Of a DNA stretch of 64,000 nt, positions 8,340 to 17,652 are shown one piece after another. The notes below the pieces were generated by a model. That model did not search any database and had not been told where the DNA came from. It worked only from the letters and a program-made list of their open reading frames with translations. Numbering within the stretch: the first letter of the stretch is position 1; each line of letters opens with the position of its first letter. Source of the stretch: an uncultured Candidatus Saccharibacteria bacterium (lineage in GTDB: Bacteria > Patescibacteriota > Saccharimonadia > Saccharimonadales > EFPC-124). Both the position numbers and the translations under genes were made by a program. The DNA is taken from assembly GCA_964550035.1 (NCBI GenBank), contig CAZJVU010000001.1:19990-83989 (forward strand), in the 5' to 3' direction.

Positions 8340-8881
8340 AGTGGGTAGATAATCGCGTTCTCTGTCCGAGGCTGTTTGTACATATCCAGCGGCTTCTCGC
8401 CGCGCAAGACAACTTTGAGCATACGGCCGCAGCCATTGTGGGCAACGATGAGAACGCGTTGTTCGGGTCGGGCGTGGATTTGTTCGAGAACGTGGTGCAT
8501 GCGGGCGAAAAGGTGATCGATTGGCTCGACGCCAGGGACATTCTCGGCATCTTCGTAGTTGCCATCTTTGCGTGCTTTGGCGTGCATATCGTAGGTGTCG
8601 CCTTCGACGCTTCCGAGGTTGCGTTCCTTGAGGTCATCCACGACAAGAATCTTTTCAAGAGGGTAGCCGATGCGTTCTGCTACAATACGGGCCGTGCCTA
8701 GCGCTCGGCTCATGGGCGAACTGACGATGAGGTCGAAGCTAAAGTATTGTTTAGCAGTATCGCCGGCATATTCGGCCTGCTTGATACCAGTGGGGGAGAG
8801 CGGGGAATCGTGCGAGCCAGCGATGACTTGATCGGCGTTGGCTTGGCTCTGGCCGTGTCGCATAAGGTAGAGTTGCTGCAT
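8336..8881 (-). CDS. Histidine phosphatase family protein (phosphoglycerate mutase-like)
   Basis: N-terminal LYLMRHGQSQAN is the RHG catalytic motif. 181 aa. Confidence 0.8.
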   Translation of the reverse strand: MQQLYLMRHGQSQANADQVIAGSHDSPLSPTGIKQAEYAGDTAKQYFSFDLIVSSPMSRALGTARIVAERIGYPLEKILVVDDLKERNLGSVEGDTYDMHAKARKDGNYEDAENVPGVEPIDHLFARMHHVLEQIHARPEQRVLIVAHNGCGRMLKVVLRGEKPLDMYKQPRTENAIIYPL

Positions 8882-8900
8882 AGTATCCCAAGTATACCAC

Positions 8901-9902
8901 TTGTTTCTCTTGGGGTTTTACGGTGTAATAACAGATGTGATCTCTGTAAGTCTACAGCCAGGGACGTATATTCTGGCTATTTCTGGGGGAGTGGACTCTA
9001 TGACGCTCCTAGATGTTGTGCGCCGCTTGCCGAAAGTGCAGGTGATTATTGCACATGTGAATCACGGAATTCGCACGGATGCGACTGTAGACGCAAAACT
9101 GGTACGTCGTGTTGCGATGTCGCACAATCTACCATATGAGGAAGTATCGCTCTCACTTGGGGTAGATGCGAGCGAAGAGGCGGCACGGACGGCACGATAC
9201 AAGTTTTTGCGACATATCTGCAAAAAATACAACGCCTCTGCCATTATTACCGCGCATCACCGTGACGACGTGCTTGAGACAGCGATTATCAACTTGTTAC
9301 GTGGAACTGGGTGGCGCGGTCTTAGTTCACTGCGTTCCACTGATGAAATTATTCGGCCGTTTTTAGGCTTCAGCAAGGACGAGCTTGTGCGTTATGCGGT
9401 AGAGCACAGCTTGCAGTGGCGTCATGACAGCACAAACAACGACGTACGGTATCTGCGGAATCATGTACGCCACAATATTGTGCCGCGTATGTCGCCAGAA
9501 CAACGGCAAAAACTTCATCAATATATTGTGCGACAAAACGATTTGACAACCCAGATTGATAACGAGTCCACCATGTGGGTGCAAAAGTACAGCAGGACAC
9601 AAAACACTAGTCTACTCCTCCCCCGCTACGAACTACTTATGATGCCACGCAATGTCGCACATGAGCTCCTTCAGGCAGTTTTACGACAAAGAGTCGGGAA
9701 GTCAGCAGTGCGACCACTGGTCGAACGCGCGCTCCTTTTCATTAAAGTCGCAAAAGCGCACAGGACATTTCCTATCGACCGTACATGGCAGCTGCGCGCA
9801 CTTCTCCGCGACGTAATTGTCGAGCAAAGGGCTGACGTGTTAAGCTTAGATAATGCCGGGGTCCAGACTGGACCAACATTAAATAAGGATAACGCGACTT
9901 GA
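8901..9902 (+). CDS. tilS: tRNA(Ile)-lysidine synthase
   Basis: PP-loop motif ILAISGGVDSM. Conserved position directly upstream of ftsH. The start (TTG 8901 or downstream) is uncertain. Confidence 0.85.
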   Translation: MFLLGFYGVITDVISVSLQPGTYILAISGGVDSMTLLDVVRRLPKVQVIIAHVNHGIRTDATVDAKLVRRVAMSHNLPYEEVSLSLGVDASEEAARTARYKFLRHICKKYNASAIITAHHRDDVLETAIINLLRGTGWRGLSSLRSTDEIIRPFLGFSKDELVRYAVEHSLQWRHDSTNNDVRYLRNHVRHNIVPRMSPEQRQKLHQYIVRQNDLTTQIDNESTMWVQKYSRTQNTSLLLPRYELLMMPRNVAHELLQAVLRQRVGKSAVRPLVERALLFIKVAKAHRTFPIDRTWQLRALLRDVIVEQRADVLSLDNAGVQTGPTLNKDNAT

Positions 9903-11752
9903 AACCGAAACAACCAAGTAAGTTCATGCGCAACACTGTTTTTTGGGCGATGCTTATTGTGCTAGCTCTCGTGTTGTGGGCGGTGTATACACCGCAACAA
10001 AATTTGAAGGACGTCCCACTTTCTGACGTTATTCGCCAAGCCAATAATGGCGAGATCTCCAAGATTGAGATCCAGGGCGATCAGTTACTTATTACGCCAA
10101 CTGCCGATGCAGACAAGGGCCACCCTACGCAGCGCGCCTACAAGGAAGATGGCAGTAGTATTTACGATCAAGGCCTGAGCCATGACACAAAGGCTCAGAT
10201 TGACGTTAAAAAACCGAGCGATACAGGCGCGACACTGTGGAATTTGGCAAGTATTTTCCTGCCGGTGCTGCTTTTTGGTGCGTTCTTCCTCTTTATGTTC
10301 CGTCAGGCACAAGGCCAGAACAACCAAGCCCTCGGTTTTGGTAAGTCAAAGGCTCGCCTGTATGGCAATGAAAAAGACAAGATTGTCTTTAAGGACGTTG
10401 CAGGCAATGAAGAAGCCAAAGAAGATTTGGTCGAGGTTGTCGACTTTCTGAAGAACCCCAAGAAGTTTCTCGAGGTAGGCGCCAAGATTCCAAAGGGCGT
10501 GCTCCTGGTGGGCCCTCCCGGTACCGGTAAGACTATGCTGGCACGTGCTGTAGCTGGTGAGGCTGGTGTGCCGTTCTTCAGTATCTCTGGTTCTGAATTT
10601 GTGGAAATGTTTGTGGGTGTTGGTGCAAGCCGCGTCCGCGACCTCTTTGCCAAGGCCAAGAAGAATGCGCCATGCATTATATTCGTTGACGAGATCGACG
10701 CCGTCGGTCGACGCCGCGGTAGCGGTATGGGCGGCGGCCACGACGAGCGTGAGCAGACACTGAACCAGATCTTGGTAGAGATGGACGGGTTCGACAGCAA
10801 TACAAATGTCATCGTACTGGCTGCGACCAACCGCGCCGACGTGCTTGACCCTGCACTCCTCCGCCCAGGTCGGTTTGACCGTCGCGTGAACATCACGCTG
10901 CCTGAGCGCAAGGAGCGCGAAGCTATCCTGAAGGTTCACTTTGCCAAAAAGCCGATTGACCCAAGCGTGAACATAAACGCACTGGCCGCCAAGACTGCGG
11001 GTAGTTCTGGCGCGGACCTCGCGAACATTACCAACGAAGCTGCGATCATCGCCGCCCGTCACAATCGTAAGCATATTACCAACCGCGACGTTACCGAAGC
11101 TTTCGAGAAAGTTGCCATCGGTCCAGAGCGCAAAGCTCGCGTCATGACCGAGCAAGAAAAGGAAATGACGGCGTACCACGAGGCTGGCCACGCGATCGTT
11201 GGCCATGTATTGCCGCATTCTGACCCGGTCCACAAGGTAACGATCATCCCCCGTGGTGGTACTGGTGGTGTGACGTGGTTCTTGCCTCCTGAAGATCGCG
11301 TCTACACTTCTATCCTTGAGTTCAAAGATGTCCTTGCACGCGCACTCGGTGGCCGTATTGCTGAGAAAGTAAAATACGGTTCTGAGAATGTGACGACGGG
11401 CGCCGGAAGCGACCTACGCAAGGCGACCGAAATTGCTCGGGACATGATCATTGAACAGGGTATGGGCACAGAGCTGCGCGACCAAGTCTTCCACGAAGAC
11501 GAAGGCGGCATGATGCTCGATCGTATGGTTCATGACCGTCCGTACTCCGAAGAAACTGCCAAGATTATCGACAAAGAAGTGCAGGATCTCATCAAGGAGG
11601 CTGCGCACCGAGCTGAAGCGGTTATTGTTGCGAACCCTGAGCCACTCAAGAAATTGGCTGACGCACTCCTCGAGAAGGAAACGCTTGAAGGCGATGATGT
11701 TGCCAAGATTTTGGCCGACGCAGTGCTACCGAAGGCCGTTGTGCTGAAATAG
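9899..11752 (+). CDS. ftsH: ATP-dependent zinc metalloprotease FtsH
   Basis: Two N-terminal TM spans, Walker A GPPGTGKT, second region of homology, and Zn site HEAGHAI. The start is TTG 9899 or ATG 9926. Confidence 0.97.
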   Translation: MKPKQPSKFMRNTVFWAMLIVLALVLWAVYTPQQNLKDVPLSDVIRQANNGEISKIEIQGDQLLITPTADADKGHPTQRAYKEDGSSIYDQGLSHDTKAQIDVKKPSDTGATLWNLASIFLPVLLFGAFFLFMFRQAQGQNNQALGFGKSKARLYGNEKDKIVFKDVAGNEEAKEDLVEVVDFLKNPKKFLEVGAKIPKGVLLVGPPGTGKTMLARAVAGEAGVPFFSISGSEFVEMFVGVGASRVRDLFAKAKKNAPCIIFVDEIDAVGRRRGSGMGGGHDEREQTLNQILVEMDGFDSNTNVIVLAATNRADVLDPALLRPGRFDRRVNITLPERKEREAILKVHFAKKPIDPSVNINALAAKTAGSSGADLANITNEAAIIAARHNRKHITNRDVTEAFEKVAIGPERKARVMTEQEKEMTAYHEAGHAIVGHVLPHSDPVHKVTIIPRGGTGGVTWFLPPEDRVYTSILEFKDVLARALGGRIAEKVKYGSENVTTGAGSDLRKATEIARDMIIEQGMGTELRDQVFHEDEGGMMLDRMVHDRPYSEETAKIIDKEVQDLIKEAAHRAEAVIVANPEPLKKLADALLEKETLEGDDVAKILADAVLPKAVVLK

Positions 11753-11777
11753 AAGATCTGCAATAAATGTAGTTTCT

Positions 11778-11806
11778 GCGAGGGCGGCCGGGTTGGCCGC
11801 CCTCGC
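11778..11806. terminator. Bidirectional GC-rich hairpin (ftsH end / cassette end)
   Basis: Perfect 12-bp stem GCGAGGGCGGCC-GGGTT-GGCCGCCCTCGC between the convergent stops at 11752 and 11813. Confidence 0.75.
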
Positions 11807-11812
11807 TGGTGT

Positions 11813-12106
11813 TCAGGAGGATGGGGGCATAAGCACCTGCTTGCCCTTGGCGGTGATTCGGTATCGCCGCCGCGGGTACTTGGGGTTGGGCGGTTCGTCG
11901 GGCGAGGTGCTCTCGCCCGGCCACGGCTTGCCTTCCCATCGATCCTCGACGTACCCGGCATCGTACATCTGACCGAGCGGCCGAGCGACGTGATTGCCGC
12001 GTTGGGTACCGATGACGTTTCCGATGTCGATGAGCGCCATGCCCACTCGGTCATCGCTTTCAAGCAGCACGGTCAGAATTCGCCTCTGACGCTGAGTGAG
12101 CTGCAT
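11813..12106 (-). CDS. High-GC cassette: PadR-like winged-helix DNA-binding protein
   Basis: 97 aa. ATG is 6 nt after GGAGG. The C-terminal RRRYRITAKG matches the PadR hallmark (R.YY.lT.kG). Confidence 0.55.
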   Translation of the reverse strand: MQLTQRQRRILTVLLESDDRVGMALIDIGNVIGTQRGNHVARPLGQMYDAGYVEDRWEGKPWPGESTSPDEPPNPKYPRRRYRITAKGKQVLMPPSS

Positions 12107-12136
12107 TTCACACCTCCAGTAGATTGAACACCGCCT

Positions 12137-12165
12137 ATAGTATAATGATCTTTAGTATAAAGCAA
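12137..12165 (-). promoter_or_regulatory. Sigma70-like promoter for 11813..12106
   Basis: On the minus strand: TTGCTT, 17-nt spacer, TACTAT. Confidence 0.5.
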
Positions 12166-12207
12166 ATAATGCAAGGCGTATTTTCTAGTGAGCTATCACA
12201 GGGGCTT

Positions 12208-12240
12208 AGTGGGCGCCGCGATCATCTCGCGGCGCCCACT
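12208..12240 (-). terminator. GC-rich hairpin after cassette stop
   Basis: Perfect 14-bp stem AGTGGGCGCCGCGA-TCATC-TCGCGGCGCCCACT, 6 nt from the stop at 12246. Confidence 0.75.
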
Positions 12241-12245
12241 TTCGT

Positions 12246-12524
12246 TCAGCGTCCTGGCACCGCGATGCGAGCTGCCTGAGTCAAGCGGTAGCAGAGCTCG
12301 AACCGCGGATCGGCTGGCGGAGTTACGGTTTCGTTGTGCGAATGCCATGCATCCTGTTCGCTCCGGCGGAACTCGATGTAGCCGATTCCGAAGAGTTCTT
12401 CAAGCGGCGTACGCAGGTTGCGGTCCTGGTAGCCCAGCTCGACACCGAGGACGCCTGAAGTGGTGCCGTGCGCGCTGCCCCATAGGGCGTCGATGATCTT
12501 TCGATGCTTCTGATTGAGGCGCAT
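12246..12524 (-). CDS. High-GC cassette: small putative winged-helix protein
   Basis: 92 aa from ATG 12524, 5 nt after AAGGAG. Same length class and layout as its two neighbours; ends ...ELCYRLTQAA. Confidence 0.45.
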   Translation of the reverse strand: MRLNQKHRKIIDALWGSAHGTTSGVLGVELGYQDRNLRTPLEELFGIGYIEFRRSEQDAWHSHNETVTPPADPRFELCYRLTQAARIAVPGR

Positions 12525-12630
12525 GCCTACTCCTTTGACAGAAGGGCTGAACAATTCGATTATGACATACCAACATCACGCTTTGCGAATCGGTTGAGAA
12601 TGATTGTAATAAGTTCACATGTAGATGTTA

Positions 12631-12666
12631 CAGGAGAGGGCTGCCTGGGTAGGCTGCCCTCTCCTG
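12631..12666 (-). terminator. GC-rich hairpin after cassette stop
   Basis: CAGGAGAGGGCTGCC-TGGGTA-GGCTGCCCTCTCCTG (one T.T mismatch), 2 nt from the stop at 12668. Confidence 0.7.
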
Positions 12667-12667
12667 C

Positions 12668-13015
12668 TCACGTTGGTCGAGGCGCAGGCATCAGGCCGGA
12701 AGGGAGGCGCGCAGGTTTGGCCGCGGTCTGGACGGCCTCGGCTCGCGCACGGTGGCCTTCAGATGTAATGCGGTAGTACCATCGCGGGTGCCTGTCAGCC
12801 GCCACTGGTTCGACTGGTGCGTCGCGTCCGCTACGCGGCCACGGTGTCACGTCTTGCCGACGGCTTTCGATGTGACCACGCCTTTCGAGCCTGACTAAAA
12901 CGGGGTGGATCGTGCCGCTTAGGACACCGATGCTGCGGGCAATGTCGAGCCCGTACATCCCCTTGGGCGTATCCTCTCTGGCCAGTAAGGCCAGGATTTG
13001 TACATCTCGTGACAT
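12668..13015 (-). CDS. High-GC cassette: PadR-like winged-helix DNA-binding protein
   Basis: 115 aa from ATG 13015; GTG 13030 is also possible. MYGLDIARSIGVLSGTIHPVLVRLERRGHIES plus RWYYRITSEG give a PadR-type wHTH signature. Confidence 0.6.
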   Translation of the reverse strand: MSRDVQILALLAREDTPKGMYGLDIARSIGVLSGTIHPVLVRLERRGHIESRRQDVTPWPRSGRDAPVEPVAADRHPRWYYRITSEGHRARAEAVQTAAKPARLPSGLMPAPRPT

Positions 13016-13134
13016 TACAGCCCCGATCACAGGATTGTCGTGTGGATGACGTAAAAATTATACTATGAAATGAAAATGAGCAGAATAGCAACTTGCTTTT
13101 CTAATCTGTTGCAAGCGGCTATAATGGCTTTAGA

Positions 13135-14760
13135 ATGGTAAACAAATTTCTAGAGCGCGCCAATGTGCGCATGGGCATTGGACTGGCAGCGGTCCTGTTA
13201 GCAAGCTCTACTTTGATTGCCAATATTCTCGGGTTGTACCGTGAAAAGCTCCTGCTGAGTTACTATTACGACACGTACCCAACGGCGATCGATGCCTACA
13301 AAGTTGCCTTTACAATCCCCGACTTCATGTTCTTTATCTTGGTGAGCGGCGCGTTGAGCGTGACGTTTATTCCTGTTTTCAACGAACGCCTGAGCAAGGG
13401 CAACAAGAAGTCTGCGTGGGAGCTCAGCTCGAGCCTGATGAACTTGATGGCAGTCCTGACGTTCATCGCGAGTATTCTGATCATCATCTTTGCCGAGCCG
13501 CTTGTGAAGTACATCGTTGCGCCGGGACTAGACGAGAGCACGAGCAACCTGGCTGTATCAATGATGCGCGTTATAGCCGTCAACCCGTTCCTTTTCTCGA
13601 TCAGTAGCGTTCTGGCGAGTATGCAGCAGGCGGTGGGGCGGTTCTTCTTCTTTGCGCTGGCGCCGTCGATGTATAGCGTCGGCATTATCATCGGTATTTT
13701 GTTCCTGACAAATGGTGTGACAATCTTTGGCTGGCATGTCTTCGAGGGCGGCATTATGGGTGTGGCGCTGGGCGTTGTGCTCGGTTCGATATTGCAGCTG
13801 CTGGTGAGTAGCGTGGGCATGCATGGCATGAACTTTGTGTATCAGTTCAAGATTTACTGGCGGAACCTAGGGCTCAAGCAAGTGCTGCGCCTGCTGCCGG
13901 CGAGATCATTTGACCAAGGCATCGACTACTTTAATAACCTGGTGGAGATTAACCTGGCGTCGCGACTCCGCGAGGGAAGCATTACGGCGTACCAGGTAGC
14001 GCAGACGTTGCACATGGTGCCGATTACGCTGATCGGTGTGGCGATCTCGACCGCTGCCTTTCCGACCATGACTGAGCGCATTGCGCATGGTGAGACAAAG
14101 CAGTTCAAGAAGGAACTCCAGTCGATGCTGCGCATCATCATCTGGCTGGCGCTGCCGACTGCGGTGATTGCTTTTCTGGGGCGAGGGTATATCGTGAGCT
14201 TTGTGAAGTATGGCGGCGATCCGACTATCGCTGACATTTTGGGGCTATTATCTGTCGCGATTCTTTTCCGTTCGATCTACCATATCAGCTCGCGCAGCTT
14301 TTACGCGCAGCAAGATACGCGGACGCCGCTGTATATTTCGATCGCGGCTATTGCACTGAACATTGGTTTGGCGGTGTGGTTTGTGCAGGGACTGCATGTC
14401 GGCGTACTTGGTTTGGCGGCAGCGCAGTCAATTGTGGCGTTTGTGGAGGTGTGTATCTTGTTCTCCATCATGTCGCGGCGCATGAAGGGACTCTTTGATG
14501 TCGACTTCGTGAACGGCGTTTTGCGTATGATATCAGCGACCGGGTTGATGTTTGTGATAACGTACGTGACGGTGAAGACGTTCGACCTGAGTGCGACCGA
14601 CACAAGGTTCTTTGCGCTGGTGCCGAAGTTTGGCATTATTGTGATTGTTGGGTTGGGCACCTACCTCATTATTAGTCGTATCTTCCGTTTGGAAGAGGCG
14701 AATCCGGTGATAGATAAGATCAACAAGATTTTGTTCCGTCAGACAAAACCGCTGCAGTAA
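13135..14760 (+). CDS. murJ: Lipid II flippase MurJ/MviN
   Basis: 541 aa with about 14 TM spans. The N-terminal region (LLASSTLIANILGLYREKLL...) is typical of MviN. TATAAT lies 9 nt upstream of the ATG. Confidence 0.85.
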   Translation: MVNKFLERANVRMGIGLAAVLLASSTLIANILGLYREKLLLSYYYDTYPTAIDAYKVAFTIPDFMFFILVSGALSVTFIPVFNERLSKGNKKSAWELSSSLMNLMAVLTFIASILIIIFAEPLVKYIVAPGLDESTSNLAVSMMRVIAVNPFLFSISSVLASMQQAVGRFFFFALAPSMYSVGIIIGILFLTNGVTIFGWHVFEGGIMGVALGVVLGSILQLLVSSVGMHGMNFVYQFKIYWRNLGLKQVLRLLPARSFDQGIDYFNNLVEINLASRLREGSITAYQVAQTLHMVPITLIGVAISTAAFPTMTERIAHGETKQFKKELQSMLRIIIWLALPTAVIAFLGRGYIVSFVKYGGDPTIADILGLLSVAILFRSIYHISSRSFYAQQDTRTPLYISIAAIALNIGLAVWFVQGLHVGVLGLAAAQSIVAFVEVCILFSIMSRRMKGLFDVDFVNGVLRMISATGLMFVITYVTVKTFDLSATDTRFFALVPKFGIIVIVGLGTYLIISRIFRLEEANPVIDKINKILFRQTKPLQ

Positions 14761-14767
14761 TCGGGCC

Positions 14768-14798
14768 GCCGCCCGCGCAGGTGTTCTGCGCGGGCGGC
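14768..14798. terminator. Bidirectional GC-rich hairpin (murJ end / cassette end)
   Basis: Perfect 13-bp stem GCCGCCCGCGCAG-GTGTT-CTGCGCGGGCGGC between the stops at 14760 and 14804. Confidence 0.75.
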
Positions 14799-14803
14799 TG
14801 ACG

Positions 14804-15115
14804 TCACTTCGAGCCGGCGGAACGGCGGATGCCGTAGTACCACCCGAACTCGAGCTGGTTGCCGCGGATGCCCGGCGTGTTGTCGCAGATCAGTTCGACC
14901 AGCTCCCAGTACTGCAAGGTGGGCTTGTGGAGCACGAGACCGAGACCCTTCTGGACCTCGATGTCGCGGCTGGGCCCACGCTTCCCCTCCATGACGTCGG
15001 CGACGCGGTTCAGGAAGCGGCGCTTGAACGAGATGCGCTTGGTGCGCTTCTGCGCCTCCGCGCGGAACCTCGCAACGATCGTGGCGTCGAACACGGGCTC
15101 CCTCTTGGAAGACAT
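14804..15115 (-). CDS. High-GC cassette: basic 103-aa protein, hypothetical
   Basis: ATG follows AGAGGCGAAG. High GC3. No family recognised. Confidence 0.6.
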   Translation of the reverse strand: MSSKREPVFDATIVARFRAEAQKRTKRISFKRRFLNRVADVMEGKRGPSRDIEVQKGLGLVLHKPTLQYWELVELICDNTPGIRGNQLEFGWYYGIRRSAGSK

Positions 15116-15150
15116 CTTCGCCTCTTTCTCTTGTTTGACGGAACTAGCCT

Positions 15151-15178
15151 ATTATACAACAAGTATACGTATTTTCAA
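15151..15178 (-). promoter_or_regulatory. Sigma70-like promoter for 14804..15115
   Basis: On the minus strand: TTGAAA, 16-nt spacer, TATAAT. Confidence 0.6.
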
Positions 15179-15224
15179 CATTTCCCCTTGGTGCAGAGCC
15201 CTGTCTGCGGTATCCTAAGAAGTA

Positions 15225-17018
15225 ATGTCTACTGATTCTATTCGAAATTTCTGTATCATCGCCCACATTGACCACGGCAAGAGCACGCTCGCGGATCGCC
15301 TCTTGGAATTGACCGGCACCGTCGACAAGCGCGATATGAAGGCACAGCTCCTCGACAAGATGGACCTCGAGCGTGAAAAGGGAATTACCATCAAGCTCGC
15401 TCCAGTCCGCATGGAGTATCAGGGGTACGAGCTAAACCTCATCGACACGCCCGGTCACGTTGACTTTAGCTATGAGGTGTCGCGAAGCCTCGAAGCCTGC
15501 GAAGGTGCACTGCTTGTCGTGGACGCCACGCAGGGAATCCAGGCGCAGACACTTGCCAATGTGTATCTGGCAATGGCGGCTGACCTCACGATCATTCCTG
15601 TGCTCAACAAGATTGACCTCCCTGCCGCCGATGTCGACAAAGTAAGTGCCGAGATTATTAGTTTGCTTGGGTGCGATAAAGACGACATTCTGCATATCTC
15701 AGCCAAGACCGGCCAAGGCGTCGATGCTGTGCTGGATAAGATTATTCGTGAGGTTCCGGCGCCAACGTTATCTGAAAACCAGACCACAAGAGCGCTTATA
15801 TTCGACAGTTACTATGACGATTACCGTGGCGTTGTCTTGTACGTCCGTGTCGTTGATGGCGAAATCAAAAAGGGCAGTCAGATACGGATGCTTGCCACAA
15901 ACGCCGATGGTATCGCGCTCGAAGTTGGCGCGCTCAAGCCGGCTATGTCGCCAAACAATGCCCTACTCACGGGCGAAATCGGCTACATCGTAACAAACCT
16001 CAAGTCAACGCGTGAGGCAAAGGTTGGTGATACAGTCACACTAGTGGTCGCCCATGATACCGCCTCCTCTGCTAAAATTGTACCACTCCCCGGCTACAAA
16101 GACGTCCAGCCATTCGTCTACGCTGGATTTTTCCCAGAGAGCAACGAGTTCTACCAGGAGCTGAAGGACGCGGTTGAGAAGTTAAGTTTGAGCGATTCGG
16201 CGCTGCAGTTTGCGCCAGAGAATTCGCCTGTGCTGGGCTTCGGCGTGCGTATTGGATTCCTCGGGTTGCTCCACATGGACATTGTGCGCGAGCGATTGGA
16301 GCGTGAGTATAACTTGAGTCTCATTGTTACGAACCCAAGTACTGATTATCATGTATTGCTACTAAATGGTGACGAGCTCGACATCAAATCAGCTTCTGAC
16401 CTCCCCGACCCGGCGCAGATCCGTGAGATCCGTGAGCCGTGGATTAAGGGCGAGATCGTCGTGCCGCACGAATATGTCGGTGGTGTCATCCAGCTTGTCG
16501 TGAGCAAGCGCGGCGTTCATAAGAACTTGAGCTATGTGGATCAGCGCGCACTGGTGAGTTTCGAAGCGCCATTGGCGAACCTGCTGACTGACTTTTACGA
16601 TCAGCTGAAGAGCATCACGAGCGGCTACGGATCGTTCAACTACGAGCTGGCAGATTACCATGCCGAGGATCTGGTGCGACTGGACTTCTATATTTCTGGC
16701 GAGAAGGTTGATGCGCTGAGTATTATGGTGCACCGCAGCGAGGCACAAGGCTTGGGTCGCGAAACGGTCTCCAAGCTAAAAGAAGTTATCCCGAGACAGA
16801 ACTTCCAGGTTGCGCTGCAAGCAGCGATTGGCGGTAAATTTATCGCGCGCGAAGACATCAGCGCCTATCGTAAAGATGTTACGACGGGACTATACGGTGG
16901 TGACGTGAGCCGTAAAAAGAAAGTTCTGGCTAAGCAGGCCAAGGGTAAGAAACGCATGAAACGATTTGGCAAGGTTGATATCCCGGCCGAGGCGTTTATG
17001 GTGCTGCTCAAGAAGTAG
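15225..17018 (+). CDS. lepA: Elongation factor 4 (LepA)
   Basis: IRNFCIIAHIDHGKSTLADRLL G-domain, DTPGHVDF, NKID, and a conserved LepA C-terminus. Confidence 0.97.
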   Translation: MSTDSIRNFCIIAHIDHGKSTLADRLLELTGTVDKRDMKAQLLDKMDLEREKGITIKLAPVRMEYQGYELNLIDTPGHVDFSYEVSRSLEACEGALLVVDATQGIQAQTLANVYLAMAADLTIIPVLNKIDLPAADVDKVSAEIISLLGCDKDDILHISAKTGQGVDAVLDKIIREVPAPTLSENQTTRALIFDSYYDDYRGVVLYVRVVDGEIKKGSQIRMLATNADGIALEVGALKPAMSPNNALLTGEIGYIVTNLKSTREAKVGDTVTLVVAHDTASSAKIVPLPGYKDVQPFVYAGFFPESNEFYQELKDAVEKLSLSDSALQFAPENSPVLGFGVRIGFLGLLHMDIVRERLEREYNLSLIVTNPSTDYHVLLLNGDELDIKSASDLPDPAQIREIREPWIKGEIVVPHEYVGGVIQLVVSKRGVHKNLSYVDQRALVSFEAPLANLLTDFYDQLKSITSGYGSFNYELADYHAEDLVRLDFYISGEKVDALSIMVHRSEAQGLGRETVSKLKEVIPRQNFQVALQAAIGGKFIAREDISAYRKDVTTGLYGGDVSRKKKVLAKQAKGKKRMKRFGKVDIPAEAFMVLLKK

Positions 17019-17625
17019 ACTTGTTGGGGAAGTAGTCTGGGTGTTGCTCGAGAATGCCGATAAGCTCTTTGTAGAGCTCGGCGATTTCTGGAGATACGGT
17101 AACTTTGTTTGATTTGTAGGTTTGGAGTTCTTCGAGATCAATGCCGTGCATGTGCCAGGCTTTTCCTTCTGCAACAACATTTAAAACCATGGGCGCAAGC
17201 TTATCGAGTGCATACACGAAGCGGCTTTCGATGTCCTCTCGAGCCTCATATGCAGCAATGGCTGCGTGTAGCTCACTGAAATCTGGCCATGAATCGTGGA
17301 GCTTTTCGCGGGCAACTCGTTCTCGCTCGGCTTTACTATCGTGTACGTTTTGGTCTTTAGAGAACGCGAATGTATCACCAGCGTGAAGCTCGACAATGTC
17401 GTGCGCCATGGCATAGCGAATGCATTTATTCGTATCGAGGTGCTCGATATTGCTCGCAATAAACCACGCTAGCATGCCCAGTGCATAGCTATGCTCGGTA
17501 TCGGTTTCGGGACGGTCCTTGCGGTGCGGTGTATCGGGGAGGAAGACCTGCCGATCGATACCATTGAACGCCACGAGTAGCCGGTAGAGATCAATAACGC
17601 GCTCGATTTTTGGGAGAGTACTCAT
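17008..17625 (-). CDS. HD-domain phosphohydrolase (YfbR-like 5'-nucleotidase family)
   Basis: ETDTEHSYALGM...AMAHDIVELHAGD gives the H...HD...D metal motif. 205 aa. Immediately downstream of the giant gene. Confidence 0.7.
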   Translation of the reverse strand: MSTLPKIERVIDLYRLLVAFNGIDRQVFLPDTPHRKDRPETDTEHSYALGMLAWFIASNIEHLDTNKCIRYAMAHDIVELHAGDTFAFSKDQNVHDSKAERERVAREKLHDSWPDFSELHAAIAAYEAREDIESRFVYALDKLAPMVLNVVAEGKAWHMHGIDLEELQTYKSNKVTVSPEIAELYKELIGILEQHPDYFPNKSTS

Positions 17626-17652
17626 AGATCGATTGTACGCTTTAGGACGAGG

